Assembly (NCBI RefSeq): GCF_009914755.1
Contig: NC_060926.1
DNA from: the human T2T-CHM13v2.0 reference genome, Homo sapiens
DNA: 64,000 bases
Reading direction: 5' to 3' (one strand)
In this document: one piece after another, positions 40,109-53,705 of the stretch
Numbering within the stretch: position 1 is the first letter of the stretch
How the letters are laid out: each line of letters begins with the position of its first letter
Program-made: the position numbers and the translations under genes
The notes under the pieces: generated by a model
The model's database searches: none
What the model saw: the letters and a program-made list of their open reading frames with translations, nothing else
Told to the model about the DNA's origin: nothing

Positions 40109-43085
40109 GCCAGATGCTCATGAGGTCCCCCACCCCATCCAGGTCTGACAGTTTATGTCCCTGGAAACTTTAGTCCAACATGTTCTTGTAAAAGGCACAG
40201 AAACACATTTTGCAAGACCAGAAAGGGACTATCACAGATGAGGAAACTGAATCCTGGAAGAGTGAGGTCAGGTGCCAGATGTTAGGAGTTGGCAGAGACT
40301 CTGCAAACCTAACAGAGCTCCAGTGAGAGGGGTAATCACAGAGTCACGGGTCATTTTCTCCTTAGATTTTAAAATCAGGGTGGAGTGGTCAATAGAAAAC
40401 CCAGAAAAAAAAGTCTTGTTTTGTAAATAGAAATCATTTAATTAAAAAAAAAACTGGATTTGGATTATAATTTTGTAACGTCCTGCCTACAGGCACTGTG
40501 CTAGAAGCCAAGGACTCAGGGACACAAAGGCTGTAAAGGGCCCCTATGCTTCACTAATAAGGGAGACACCCTTGCTGTTAACTGACTATAAAATCAGGTG
40601 GAATTTAGAGGACCCAGAGTCAGATTTGGCTGGAAGTTCTATTTGATTATTAAGTGTTGAACTTAATGGATTGAGGAAGGCCTGCAGATGCCTTTTGCAT
40701 ATCATCATGGCATGCAGGTAGGGTCCATGATAGCAGGCCCCATGCTAGGTTGTATATATGATTCTATTTAATTCTTCTAATATTCTTGCAAAGTAGGTTT
40801 GTAATCCCTATTTAAAGTTGAGGAACTGGTGGCTCAGAGTAGAGTAACCTGCTTTTGATTACACAAAGAGGGAAACATATCTCAATGGTTTTACTTCTCC
40901 TCTCTGGCCTGATGCCTCAAGGGCCTCCTTCCTTATCCATCCTGCTCTCTTCCTGTTGCCCAACACAACTGCCCTGTGATTCCATCCTGGGAAAGGCATT
41001 GGGGCTCAAGTCTCTGCAGCTCCTGATAACATTGGACACTGATACTGCTCTAGAAGTAGACTTCAGAAAAAAAAGGTGCCAGCCTAATCTGGGTGTGAGC
41101 CAGCCTGATAATGTCTGTACCTGGGCTCACATTTGCAGCTGATTTTTAGATGAGGAAAGAAAAATACCTTCAGAGTTACAGAAGCAAATGAAGGTGGGGA
41201 TGTCCCATGGTCATCTCACCTGCTTCTTGGCTGGAGTAGCGATCTCGGTGCAAGTCCTTGCTCCCTAATGAAACTATGGAGCTCAGCTTACACTGCAGCA
41301 CAGACCTGAGGCTGGGCTATCCTACAGCAGCCCTATCTGAAAGCAAAAGAGTGGATTCTCCACCACCTGTCCACCTCAGCCTTGTCTGAGGCCTGGAGAT
41401 GGGGGGAAAGAACAGGCCTCTGACTTCAAGGATCCCACTCTATAGCTGAAGAGACAGAGGTGTCAACATGTAAATGTGAAGTCATATAAATGCCTTGACT
41501 GCCCGGTGAAGACAATGGAAAACCCAAACTCCTTCACTGGGCAGTCAACACTTTCTACAATCTGGCTTCCCAGATTTTTCAACCCACTTTTTTAACCCAG
41601 CCACTTGTTCTTTCCTCCACATACAATCTGCTACACCTGGTTGAACTGCTTGCCATCCCTCAGCAAACTTCGCCTTTGCTCATGTGCCATTCTCTCCTCT
41701 GTCATAGCTCTGTTCCCATTCCCTTCCATCTCTCATTTGTAAATCACTGCACAGAACAAGCTTAATGTGTGCCTTTTACAAGGGGTTGCCAGAGCCACGC
41801 AGAGAGCCTCAGCACTGAGCCCTCCTTCCCCAGGTTTCCCTGAGACAGACCGAGAGACAGCCTAAGGCTGCAGACCCATGTCCTCTTGCTGCCTCATGGA
41901 TTGGCTGAGCATGAAGGCTGAGGCTCAGTGACACCTACAAAAGCCTGCTCATTGAACCATGACAGAACTGCGCAGAGCAGATAGGAGAGGCATCCAGGTC
42001 AGCAGTAGAGCTGGGAAGAGGTGCCAACTGCCAGTGCAGGGTTCTGTCCCCTTCCGTTGATGCTCTGACCATCCCCATGTGCCTGGTAGTGGGGTAAACT
42101 TTGGGAATTAGATTGGTTTCTCTTGCTAATCAGTGATCTTGTTTGCCAGAACTGACAGAATATTCCATTTGGGTTGACTCAAATTGTTGTTAAAAGCTCT
42201 ATGGAATGCCTCAAATGCTCTTTAGGTCTCTGGATAGAAGTGATGCTAGGCCTAGCTGGAACTAGAGCACAGCCTCCCAGCTATCTCCCAGAGTCTGTCT
42301 TGAAGCAGCAGACAAAGCAGTATAGAGGCTGTCAAAGGGTATAGCTAAGAAGGTGCCATCTTTCTACCCCTCACATTAACCCTTTGTTCTGCTGCTCATG
42401 AGTAATTTTGCCTCAGTATCCCCAAATATCTGAATCAGGGGATACAGAATTGCATTAGACACATTTTAAATCCTGAAATACCCTTGTAACCTGAAATGGA
42501 AACTATGAGAAGTAATTAGTTATTCTGACATCAATATTCCAATGTCCAATTTTCTCATTAAAACCAGAGAATGGACAATTTTAAAGAGATTATTTCCCTC
42601 AAAAGATGGTAATCTGCAGTTTAATATTACACTATCATTTCTTGAAGTCAGTGGTTACAACAGCTGCTCGGAGAAGTTATTAATTTCCTGCAGTAGGCTG
42701 TGATTGGGAACTCACTGTCCAGAATGTCATTATTTTTTTAAGATGTACATTCTGCACAGACCTATTGGCTAGAAATTCAAGCGCGTTGTAAATGGTAGTG
42801 CTTTGTGACAGGCGATGTTGAAGAGGAGTGATTTAGTAGGGCTAGATTTTCTGGCATTGCAGAAACACATGGAAATCGATCAGAGCTCAAGTTGAAGTGC
42901 GCACAGTAAAATGCATAATGCGTTCTAGGTCCAGTATTAGCCTGGTCTCCTTCTTTGCTAACTTTGTTCTATTATACCTGGAAGGTGATAGACATGAGAG
43001 TTAGGGGCACATTGAGTGTCTGCATCCTACTAATCTACTCCAAGGGTAGCCCCTATTTTTTTGTCTCAGTGAGGCAGGATAATTT

Positions 43086-43293
43086 AGCCTTGGCAATGTT
43101 GACATTTGGGGCCAGACTATATTTTATTATGGAGGGCTGTTCTGTGTGGTCACATGCAGCATCCCTGGCCTCTATTTGCTAAATGACACTAGCACATTCT
43201 GATTGTGACAACCAAAAATATCTCCAGACTTTACTGAATATTCCCTAGGGGCTGGGGGGTAGGGTCAAAATTGCCCCTCTTTGAGAACAGCTG
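43086..43293. mobile_element. MER20 (hAT-Charlie)
   Basis: TTGACATTTGGGGCCAGA..GCAGCATCCCTGGCCTCTA..TGTGACAACCAAAAATATCTCCAGAC..TTGAGAAC. Confidence 0.85.
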
Positions 43294-43889
43294 CAGTACG
43301 GCAGACCTGTGTCTATTTAACCAGAGCTCCTTCCAGAGACAGGGGATGGGCCAGTGACTTCCCACCTGTGTTCCAGCTCTAACATCCAAAGTGGCTAAAG
43401 TACATGCATTTCATTGTTTATTCATTTCAGTTCCAAGCTGATTTCCAAATAAAAAAATGAAAAATTGCTCTATGCCTTTCCTTTTGGCAATTCACACTGA
43501 GTAATGGACAATTTTTAAACTTCCTAATAACTTATGGGAACAAGAATATGTACAAAACTTCATTCCTACAGAGTGACTATTTGGCCTTAATAGGATAATG
43601 TTTAACAATCTGCCTGAAAGTGTGCTGTTAAGTAGTGAAACAGATACTGGGACACAATTACCTTTGACATGGCTATAAAATAAGCCATTGAAACCATTTT
43701 CTCTGGATACCTTTACCCTGATATTTAATTCTTCCATCCCTTCCAACTCCACACAGTACCCCTGAGCCTGAAAAGAAAAAGTTCAATCAAAAGCCATTCC
43801 CTCAACAGAAAAGCATCTAGGTATTCCCTCACCATGACCTTAACCATGATTCTCTTTTGCCTCCCACTGAGCTCTAAATGAACTGTCTG

Positions 43890-44076
43890 AATATGAACTT
43901 CAGATTTGGACAGACCCGGTTTCTAGTTTAACAGCTCTGCCATTCATAAGGGGTGTGTCTTTCAGCAAGACACTTCTAGGTCTCAGTTTCCTTCTCTCTA
44001 AATTGGGTTGGCAATGCCTACTTCCCAGAGGAATTAATAAAATGATAAATGAAGGAACACCAAGCATGTGTCTGGT
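43890..44076 (+). mobile_element. MIR
   Basis: CAGCTCTGCCATT..GGTCTCAGTTTCCTTCTCTCTAAATTGGG. Confidence 0.6.
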
Positions 44077-44103
44077 ACACACATAGACACAGACACAGAC
44101 ACA

Positions 44104-44134
<31 letters not shown>
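44077..44134. repeat. (GACACA)n/(CA)n microsatellite
   Basis: Read directly. Confidence 0.95.
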
Positions 44135-44137
<3 letters not shown>

Positions 44138-44569
44138 CAATGTTTGTCTTATTCAAGGGGTGGTCAGACCAGTATAGTATAGACCATGTCTATGGGGCCT
44201 TTCCTTCAGTGTGTCTAGCCAAGTTTTTTGGGATGCCAGTGCCCACCTTTTTACCACGCTACTTTACTTAGTCTGTGCTTAGACACTTTCACCCCAGGGC
44301 TTCATTTAGAAGAACAAGATTGTCTAGTTGGGTCCCCCTTGAGGTAATCCCAAATAGGTGGAGGAAGCGTTCTGGGCCATGTGAGGCCTTACCTGCCGGG
44401 TGGCCAGGTTAAGTGGACATTTAGAGGCTAGTGTTTATTTTGTGGACAATGGTAATGCTTAGGAAGCTAAGGCCAAAAGCTTCCCTGTGTGAAAATGGCC
44501 AAAATGTTGCTCACTTTTAGCCTCCTTTGCCATATAATGGCCTTTAACATCTCCATAAATATTTTCACA

Positions 44570-44840
44570 AGGTGATGCAGTTTAGGAGAAAGCCTACTGT
44601 GTTAGGAGCCTAAAGATTCTTTCCAGTCCCTTACCAGCTATGTGTCCCTGAGCGAGTGACTTAATCTCAATGATTCTAAGCTTCTCTATCATTCTGTTCC
44701 GATGATACCCACAGGGTGAGCAGGAAAGATAAATTATTTTCTTTCCTGTTCACCCTGTGGGTGTCATCGAAACAGAAATAGCTACTGCACAAAGAAAGTA
44801 CTTTAAAAATTACAAATTAATAGATATAAGTGTAGTTGTT
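44570..44840 (+). mobile_element. MIR relic interrupted by an inverted duplication
   Basis: TTACCAGCTATGTGTCCCTGAGCGAGTGACTTAATCTC upstream, ACCCACAGGGTG..GATAAAT core-like block, and GAAAGTACTTTAAAAATTACAAA 3' tail. Confidence 0.6.
44692..44777. repeat. 38-bp near-perfect inverted repeat (hairpin), 10-nt loop
   Basis: 44692-44729 pairs with 44740-44777. As plus-strand RNA: 35 Watson-Crick pairs, 2 G-U, 1 C-A. Confidence 0.95.
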
Positions 44841-45947
44841 TTTATGAACATAACACATAGATAAACTGAATAAATTCAGTTGTTAAATGTGTTCAAAATT
44901 GTATTGAATTTGAATTTTATAAATCTCCCAGAAATGGATAAAAAGGCCTTAAATACCAATCTTCCAAGAATTCACAAAACAAAATATCCTATGCTTTTTC
45001 CAAAAATAGAAAAAATAAACTTCCCACCCTGTTTAATCTGTTTTTAAAAGCAGATTCAATAGAAAATGAAAAAAGTATATTTCCATCCATGCAGCCCTAG
45101 AGACAGAACAAGACTATAGGATCAAGGAGAAAATTTAAGTCTTTATCTCTATAGAGATGAAACTCACCATACCAATAGAATATCCAGTTTTACTCCTTCC
45201 ATTCCTTCAAGGACCAAAATAATAATCTATCAGCATAGAAAGCTAAGGATTCTTCATAGAAATCTGTGTGCTCATTCCTGGGCTAGGCTATGCTGTAAGC
45301 CACACTCTGGACAAGACAACCAAGAGCCCAGTGTTCATAATATATGGGCTGATGGGCGCAGGGACTATTTCAAGTGCATCCCAAGATGCAACAATAGATG
45401 GCTACTTTGGCCAAATAAACCCTGACCAGAGGAAGAAAAAAACTGGGGAGACAAGTAACAAGCCGAAAATGAAAACGTTTAATAGATGACCAAGATGTTC
45501 AGTTCTAGGGGTTGCAGGGCCTATAAAAGGTCCTTCCCCACATTCTAGTTGCTGGGAAAGGCTCAAGAGGTATCTGTCTTACAGCCTTTAGGAGATTTGA
45601 GAGAGACCACGTTCATAACGGCACTCTGTAAACTTCTTTAAAAATGTCATTTGTTATTATTCATATAAACTGCATTTTAAATGATTAATTAGGCAAAGTA
45701 TATTTAGGCTTGAAAGTCATTCTCAACCACATAAGCATTTTTCAGGTGTTCTCCGTGCAGTATGTGGAGTATGCCCAGGAAGGCCGCGCCACACACTTCC
45801 TGTGCTCACTCCCATCTTAGCCTGTTTAGCCTGTAGTAACCCTGTACACAAAGATGCAGTCAGAAATCCACTGTTAGATCGGAGTGAATGGCCAAGTTGA
45901 TTGGTTTATGGGCTGCATACGCTTGCTACCAGAACCTAACTGAATAG

Positions 45948-46308
<361 letters not shown>

Positions 46309-46827
46309 ACCAGCAGAGACTTTTAACTTGGGACACTATGAAGACGACAAAAGCACTGAGAAGAACTGAGCCCTCGTCCTACGTGAGACTGGGCATAACT
46401 CAGAAATTTGAATGGTCGTGATATGTGCACTTGATTTCAAGTAAAACACCAGGAATTTTAATACAAGGTTTGAAATCCTGCTTATTTTAATTGTTGAGGG
46501 AGCCCCTAGCTAGAGTCGGAGGTACTAGAACATGTCTGTTTTGGATTTCCCTTACTTGTCTTAGGTTCTGTTCTCCATCTGCCATCTTACTTTATTATTT
46601 CCTTGTTATTATACACAGAAAATCTTAAGCTTTTACCCATGGAATTACCTTTCTTCCCTACGAACTGTCTTTATAGATTGATTTACGTAGAGATGTGCTT
46701 CCTTCAAACAGTTCTATACAAAGTCACTGTTCTCTTTTTCCAGTTAGCCTCAGAATGGCTTCTTTTTATTTACATAGTTCTACAACTTCCTCTCAAAGCT
46801 CAGCAGTTTGCCCCATAACTTGGGACT

Positions 46828-46908
46828 TTCTCTCTCTCTGTCTCTCTCTCTCTCTTCTATTCCTTACTCTCTCTCTTTTTCTCTTCCATTCCTTACTCTT
46901 TCTTTTTT
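46828..46908. repeat. CT-rich low-complexity tract
   Basis: Read directly. Confidence 0.8.
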
Positions 46909-47029
46909 AAATTTGGTGAACAGTTTTAAGATGCAGAAAATGTCAATCATCCAAGTATTCAGTAATCAGAATTAATCAGTGTTAATCCTATAATTGCTTT
47001 TGAGATTTTTTTAATAAAAGAAAAATAGT

Positions 47030-47395
47030 AAGTTACATGAAAACTTAAATTTATACCTTTCTAACCAACTCTAAAATTAATATCTCATTCTCTTCCCAAA
47101 TAAGACAAGAACCTTGGAAAGCTTTAATTTCCCTCTCAATTTCCTCCTCTCATCCTCTGTGTTTTGATTGCCTTGTAATTAAATCACACTCTGACGTTAA
47201 CTTCCCCAAATATTTTTGATATTTGTGGTCGATATGATTTTGACATACCACCATATTTTACCATCATCTTTTCTCATATTACTTCTTGTTGGATCTCATT
47301 CCTTCTGGGTTTATTTTTCTTCTTGTGTTAAGTACATGATTTAGTATTCCTTTCAGAAAAAATTTGTTAGTAGTAAACTTGGTCTTTATTTCAGG
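47030..47395 (-). mobile_element. Old L1M fragment
   Basis: T-rich CCTTCTGGGTTTATTTTTCTTC..TAGTATTCCTTTCAG..TAGTAGTAAACT resembles antisense old L1M. Confidence 0.45.
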
Positions 47396-49729
47396 GGTTC
47401 CTGTTTAACCATTTAATTCCTTTTCACTTTCACGTGTGTGAGGTCAGCTCACATGCCTGGCCCCAGCACAGTCTGGGCACATTTCCGAGTGCTTTTCTGT
47501 GAGCCCCAAAGTTGAAGTAGTACTCATCAAAGACCATTGATGATTAACTATCCCTGTGGCTACTTCTTCAAGTTTTGTCTTAAGGATTTATTGCTTAATT
47601 AGAATTAGATCTCCTTTGATTCCAATAACAGGTTAGGCAATATATTTAAAAAGGAATAAAATCACATTATATTACCAAAAGAGCCCCAATAAGTGTCGAA
47701 GTATCTCAGTGAGGTTCTCAGACCTCCCCTGGGTTTCTGCCCCTAAAAGGCTAGCCCAGGACATTCTGCTCCTCCTGCATCTCCACTGCCCTCATCTCTC
47801 TCCCTCCTGTTACTGCTCGCTTCTGGACAACTCCCTGTCCCGAGGGATGCTGATCATTTGGGTTAGTTTGTCTCTTCCTTCTGCTGTCCTTGGAAAGCCT
47901 CTTCCCTCTGCTAGAAGTTGCAGGGATCAATTGTTCTTTGGCAGAGGAAGAGACTTGATGACAATGAAGAGAGTTTCCATTTCTTCTTCCTGCAGCTGCT
48001 GACCTGGGTGAGCAAGCCAGACTGTGCGCTGACTTACAGGAGAGGAAGGAGCCTGTAAGCCCTGGAAACTCAATAGAATAACTCCCCCAATCACCTGAGT
48101 CAAAAAAGACAGAGGCCAGGGATGCCTTCTTCCGAGCAGGTCCACCTGATGGAAAAAGACAAAGTGTCTTCCCACATGTATGGATGTTATACAGCACAAT
48201 TCTATATGTCTATATATGAGTGTGGAGATGTTAGCCCATTTACTAATAAGCCAATCAATCTGTAAATTTTTCAGGGAGAGCTGATGACATGTAGAGGAAA
48301 GTGTAACTCTTAATTAAAACTTCAGTAAATTTGAAAGGAAGAAAATATAAGCTGTTTATTAATTTTATTGCCAACAATTTTGTTTTCCTATTTATCAAAA
48401 TTTTTCACGTTTCCCCCAAGCATTTAAGAAGAAATTGAAGAGTGTTGCAAGATGTCTTCTTTCCTAGGTACTTTGTTGATTGTTCTTTCTTTCAAACAGT
48501 AACTGTAGTCCCAGCTGAGGCAAATTAAAATGAAATTTTCCGGACATGTGCTGTGACAGACAAGAAATTCAGTTAGAGTGAGTCTCCTGTGAAGGGAGAG
48601 GTTGTCACGTCACCTCTTTCTTGATTCCCAAGTACTTCTTTCTGCCTCTTCTCTTCTCACTGTGTTTTTTTCCAGAACATTCTGGATAAAAGGTATGGGA
48701 GAGTATGTGACCCAGTGTACTTTCAATTAAGTGGTGAAGTACAAACAATGAGAGGTGCCTCCAGCAGCTCCCTGGACTCCTTCTCCCCAAGGGGAAAAGG
48801 TGGGTAAGACTAATACGGAAAACTGGAAAGGAAAGAAAATCTTAAACATAAGTATCACTTCTCAATTGCAGTTAATTTTCTTTTTCCCACTTCTCTCTCA
48901 TAAACACATACATATTCACTTAAAGCAGTCTTATATTTCAGAAGTGAAGATTTTTTTTAAGAAGCAGAGCTTAAAAATGTAAAATTCAGTTACCTCTGTC
49001 CTGACTGTTGTGCAGCTATTGGTGAGTCATTGTTCTAAAAAATAAAAAAAAAAGAGGGTGAGAATCTCAATGATTAATGAAATATTTCAAGACTGGCACG
49101 GGGCCTCACCCAGATGCTAATAAAATTTTCCACCTACGTCTTGGTTTTAGAATGAAAACAGTAGAGAAAGATGAAAAAATCCAATGCATGCAGATTTTTT
49201 AAAGCTCACTGCTTTTGAACATATTAAGGGTCTATGTAGTCATTATGGTGATTGCCATTATTCATTTGACTATTTTTCAATTATTAAATCAAACTTTTCT
49301 TTTTGAACTTGGATTTGACCTCCTTACTCACTTACTCATTTACTCCTAAATCACAAAACACCACTGCCCTTGGAAATATCCTGTCTCTGCAACTGGACCT
49401 CTCTCATGGGCTCCAGGCATGGCAAGGTTCTCTAGATCGTAGTTACAACTTCAATTTCTTATTGTGAGTGAGATACCAAATTACATAGACCTTATAGAGG
49501 AGGAGTTGCCTTCACTGTGTGGCAATAAGAATCCTAGAGACTATGCTTACTTCCCAGCTGGTGATCAGACATTTGAACAAGGTGGCAGAGATGGACTTTC
49601 CAACCATCTCACGTTCTCTTTTGGTCCCCTACTCCTGTCTTCCTACTACACCCATCCTAACCCCCAAACAATATGTTCCTGTTTCTTATTTTCCTGGGGA
49701 AACCAATGCTTCTCTACAAATCAACAAAT

Positions 49730-50175
49730 TCTCTTTTGCCTTTAACAGAAATTTACTTCATCTGTACAATAAAAATCTACTCTTCCATTTTTCCTGAGCA
49801 GGGAACTAGTTCAATTACATCTCTCATATTCCCTTGTGCTAGAAGTGACCATGTGACTAAGCCCCAGCCAATAAAAGTATGAGTGCCACTTCCAGCTGTG
49901 GCCCATTAAAACCTCTCATTTTTCTTCCTCCATGCCTTTTAATCTTTAAAGCTAATTGGAGTCACCACATCCGCCCCACCATGGTAACTTTGTAAGCACC
50001 ACGTTGACGGTTGCAGAGCTGCTATCATCCTAAAGTTCTTGAAAGACCCCATGGAGCAGAGTCACTTTCCTCACCACTGACATACCTGAAACCATTAACT
50101 TATTTAGAAATAAACTCCTATCATATTGAATGATACATATATAAACTTTTTTTGTTACTTTAGCCTAGTCTACGT
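49730..50175 (+). mobile_element. MLT1I/J-like MaLR LTR
   Basis: GACCATGTGACTAAG..CAGCCAAT..GTGCCACTTCC..CATGGAGCAGAG..GAAATAAACT..TTTGTTAC..AGCCTAG. Confidence 0.65.
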
Positions 50176-51410
50176 AAAAAGATTTATGTATGCTTTAGAG
50201 CTTCCTTCAGATAAATGTGTTTATTATTATTATTTCATCTGAAAGCTTTTCAGATACACTAAAGCTAATACTAGCTATCTAGTGGTAGGCTCTGATAGTT
50301 GGTAAAAGAGACACCCTGGGCTTGACAGTTTGTGCCCATCAAGAAGCAAGTAAAATACCAACCACACAGATAGCACATCTAGTGTTCAATTCACAGCAAC
50401 TCATAACTTCCATTCATGATTGAATCAGCTGAAAATTAGGAGAGTTCACTAATTTGCTTCAACTGAGCCATCGGAATGGCATATGGCAGTTGCTTTTCAA
50501 TGGCTAGTTATTCAGCTTCAAGGGAATATTCCAGAGAAGTATTAAGTGAAAGCCCAATATCCAAATCATTTATCATGGATCGGTTCTTGCCGAAGTATTG
50601 AGAGGAATTCTGCAGCTTTTCTAGGGCAAGTGTGCCTGACAACCCACCAAAACACCCTCAGAGAGACCTGGGGATGGAACCTTGTGGGAACAGCCTTGTC
50701 ATTTAGAAGGAACCTAAGTTTCAAAGCCAGACAAATGTTGCTTCACTCATGCTATCAGTCAGTTAGTGAAGGCATCTTGATTAACCTTGGCATAAGCAGA
50801 AGGAGAATTCACTGACTTCTGCAAATGTAGATTGAATCCAGGGTCTGTGCTGGCTTCAGGTGTGTCTTGATACAGGAATGTACTGCCAGTGTTTTGTAGG
50901 TCTTGTCTGGTGATGGGGCCTTATTTGAAAACATCATTCTCTAATTCCCTTTATGAGGGGCAGGGTTCATGGTTCTGGTGTCCAGGAACCTGGGCACAGC
51001 ACCAGTGTGTGCCCTTATGCCCAGAGATATAAGAGAGGCACCTCTGATGGTGTTGGGAGCACTGTCCTGTGGGTTTCCTGCCAGGTTACAGACATATTCA
51101 GAACTGGATCACCACATTCAAATGGGGACAGTGAAATATAAATGCCAATACACCAGGGCAAATAAGCAAGGAATTGAGGGGAGCTCATGAGGAGACCAAG
51201 AGAGTTGGGTGGGAAGGTAAAGTCAAGAAGGATGAGGTTCCTGAGGGTGCTAAGCCAGGTCCTGGGAAATTGCTGCAGAACTAGAGTTTGTTTTACGCTT
51301 TCTCATAGAGAGATAACTTTTTTTAAGGTAGTAACCATTTGTCTGACAAACTTCATTGGATTGAAGAATTTCATTTTACTCTTGTTAGTGCAAGATCAAA
51401 TTTAATCAAG

Positions 51411-51660
51411 CCACCTCTTCCTTTCTCCTTTCCCCTTCCTATTTCTCTCCTTTTCTCCTTTCCTTTCTTTTTGCCCCTCTTTTATTTCCTTCCTTCCTTC
51501 CGCCCTCCCTCCCTCCCTTATTCCTTTCTTTCTTTCATTTTTAACCTCTTCCTTCCTTACATTCTCCTTCCCTCCCCCTCCCTTTTTTCCTTCCTCTCTT
51601 TTCTCCTTCCTTCCTTCCTTCTTTCCTTCCTTCCTTCCTCCCCTTCCCCTTGCCTCCTTT
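51411..51660. repeat. About 250-bp polypyrimidine (CCTT)n-rich tract
   Basis: Read directly; abuts an antisense L2 end. Confidence 0.9.
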
Positions 51661-51800
51661 ATTGAGCTCAAACTATATAATAGGCATTACATGCAAAGTG
51701 CTGTGGTTAAAGAATAAAAAAGACTCACTCCCTGTCCCCAAGGGGTTCACAGTCTCATGGGGAAGAGGACATGAAAGTAGACAGACAATAATACAGTACG
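51655..51800 (-). mobile_element. L2 3' end
   Basis: TTTATTGAGC..CCCTGTCCCCAAGGGGTTCACAGTCT. Confidence 0.65.
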
Positions 51801-52999
51801 GTAAGTTGCGAGGAACAGGGTGGGCAGGAAGGAAAGAGAAAAGATATCTAGATCCGACTTCAGGCAAGTCTTTCTATTCTTTACTCATGTCTCTCCATTT
51901 TCAATATCAGCCTCCCTCTGGTTCTGGGTGTTCTGTAACTCTGACATGGACCAGAAAAAAATGAGAATCCTGAAATTAATATAGCCCTTATGGAAACCTC
52001 CACTTAAAAAAAAAAAAAAAAACTTTAAAGAATCCAGCCCCTGAAATGTTTTGCACTAGAACCCGAACCCCTGCTCAGCTCCTTGGAAGAGGGTGGCTCT
52101 CCCACTCAGAATCGTGTCTGTTTGAGTTTGGTAACACAGAGCCAAGGTCAGTCTGGTGTTTCTCACTTTACAAATTCTCATCTGTCAAGAGATGCTGAAG
52201 GCACCACTCAAACTCAATTGTACCCTAAGGCCATCAACATTTAAAAGCTAGCCATTGTTTACCAAGTTCTGTCAACCAGAATGGGGGTATTTCTTGCATT
52301 TATTTGTTTGAAGAAAAAGTTACTTTGCTCTCCCTGCCACCTACCCAGCAAAAAAAGGAGAAAGTGTTTAAACAAACACATTTAGCAAAATAGTCCTGTT
52401 CCTTTGGTTGAGGGAGGGCATGCTCTCTACATCACGGTACATAAAATTGAGTTTGTCAATAGAATGAATAAACTACAAACATGGATAGCTGCTTTAGCCT
52501 AACACATATGCTTTAAAACCGTCTTTGCAAATAGTCTATAACGACTTTAAGCTGTTTAAATGATGCTTTTTAAATTATAAAATAATTTCTCTAAGGTATT
52601 TTATCTTCCATAATCCTTACCACAACCCTGTGAGATGAATATAATTATTTGCATTTTGCTGGTAATAAATATGGTGTTCAGAGGTTCTTAAAAACTGTCC
52701 ATGGTTACATACTGAGAAAATCAGTTGAATGAGATTGAATTTAAGGTAGTTTAACTCCATGCATTTTATGCTAATCCAGTCGTTTAGTTACAATCCCTTT
52801 TTCCCGAACGTTTAGACAGACAGGGACATCTGGAGAGGCAGTATGAGTGTAAGGACAAAAGGGTCAAATGCAGATGGGGGACACTTGGAGTCTCAACTTT
52901 CCTCCATGCTCACTCACGTGTGGCCTTTGTAACTGAGTTGTCCAAAAATAAGATACACTTTGATTAGAATTGCAGTGCACAGCATAGTCTGCATATAAC

Positions 53000-53370
53000 T
53001 GTATTAGTCCCCTTTCACACTGCTATAAAGAACTACCTGAGAGTAGGTAATTTAGGAAGAAAAGAGGTTTAATTGACTCATAGTTCCCCAAGGCCGGGAG
53101 GCCTCAGGACACTTACTTACAATCATGGCAGAAGGTGATGGGGAAGCAAGGCACATCTTTCGTGACAGCAGGAGAGAGAGAGAGCGCATGAAGGGGGAAC
53201 TGCCAAACACTTTTAAACCATCAGATCTTCTGAGAACTCATGGTCATGAGAAAAGCAAGGGGGAAACTCCCCCCATGATCAATTCACCTCTCACCAGGTC
53301 TCTCCTTCAACATGTGGGGATTACAATTCAATACGAAATTTGGGTGGGGACACAGAGCCAAACCTTATCA
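53000..53370 (-). mobile_element. THE1D-like MaLR solo LTR
   Basis: TGTATTAGTCC..CACACTGCTATAAAGAACTACCTGAGA..GGGACACAGAGCCAAACCTTATCA; perfect TSD ATAAC (52995-52999 / 53371-53375). Confidence 0.92.
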
Positions 53371-53544
53371 ATAACCAATGCAAGTATCACCACAAAGAAG
53401 AAAACTGAACCATCAGAAAACACAGGAAGGATAGCACAGCAAAGACCAGCTTTGATTTCTAAAGATGATGAGGGCACACTGTTAGGTGCCAGTTTCCAAA
53501 GGGCTCCAGCCAGCTTCTCCTACATATTCCATAGAATGCAGGAA

Positions 53545-53581
53545 TATATATATATATATATATATGTATTTTTTTTTTTTT
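53545..53581. repeat. (TA)n followed by poly-T
   Basis: Read directly. Confidence 0.9.
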
Positions 53582-53705
53582 ACTATTTGGAATATAGACA
53601 CCCTTCATGGAAGCCCCCAAACCTCCACCCTCCAACTCTCTGCATGCAGTTCTGCATCTTAAAGTAAAAACAGAAATGTTAAAACCTCAACAGATTATTT
53701 TAATT

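Noticed and set aside
45521-45530. TATA-like CTATAAAAGG
   Set aside because: No correctly spaced initiator or CpG island; an isolated octamer is expected by chance.
47751-48197. 148-aa minus-strand ORF
   Set aside because: No recognisable homology or coding signature.
53125-53667. 180-aa ORF
   Set aside because: Starts in antisense THE1 LTR sequence and runs through (TA)n/poly-T; no protein-like composition.
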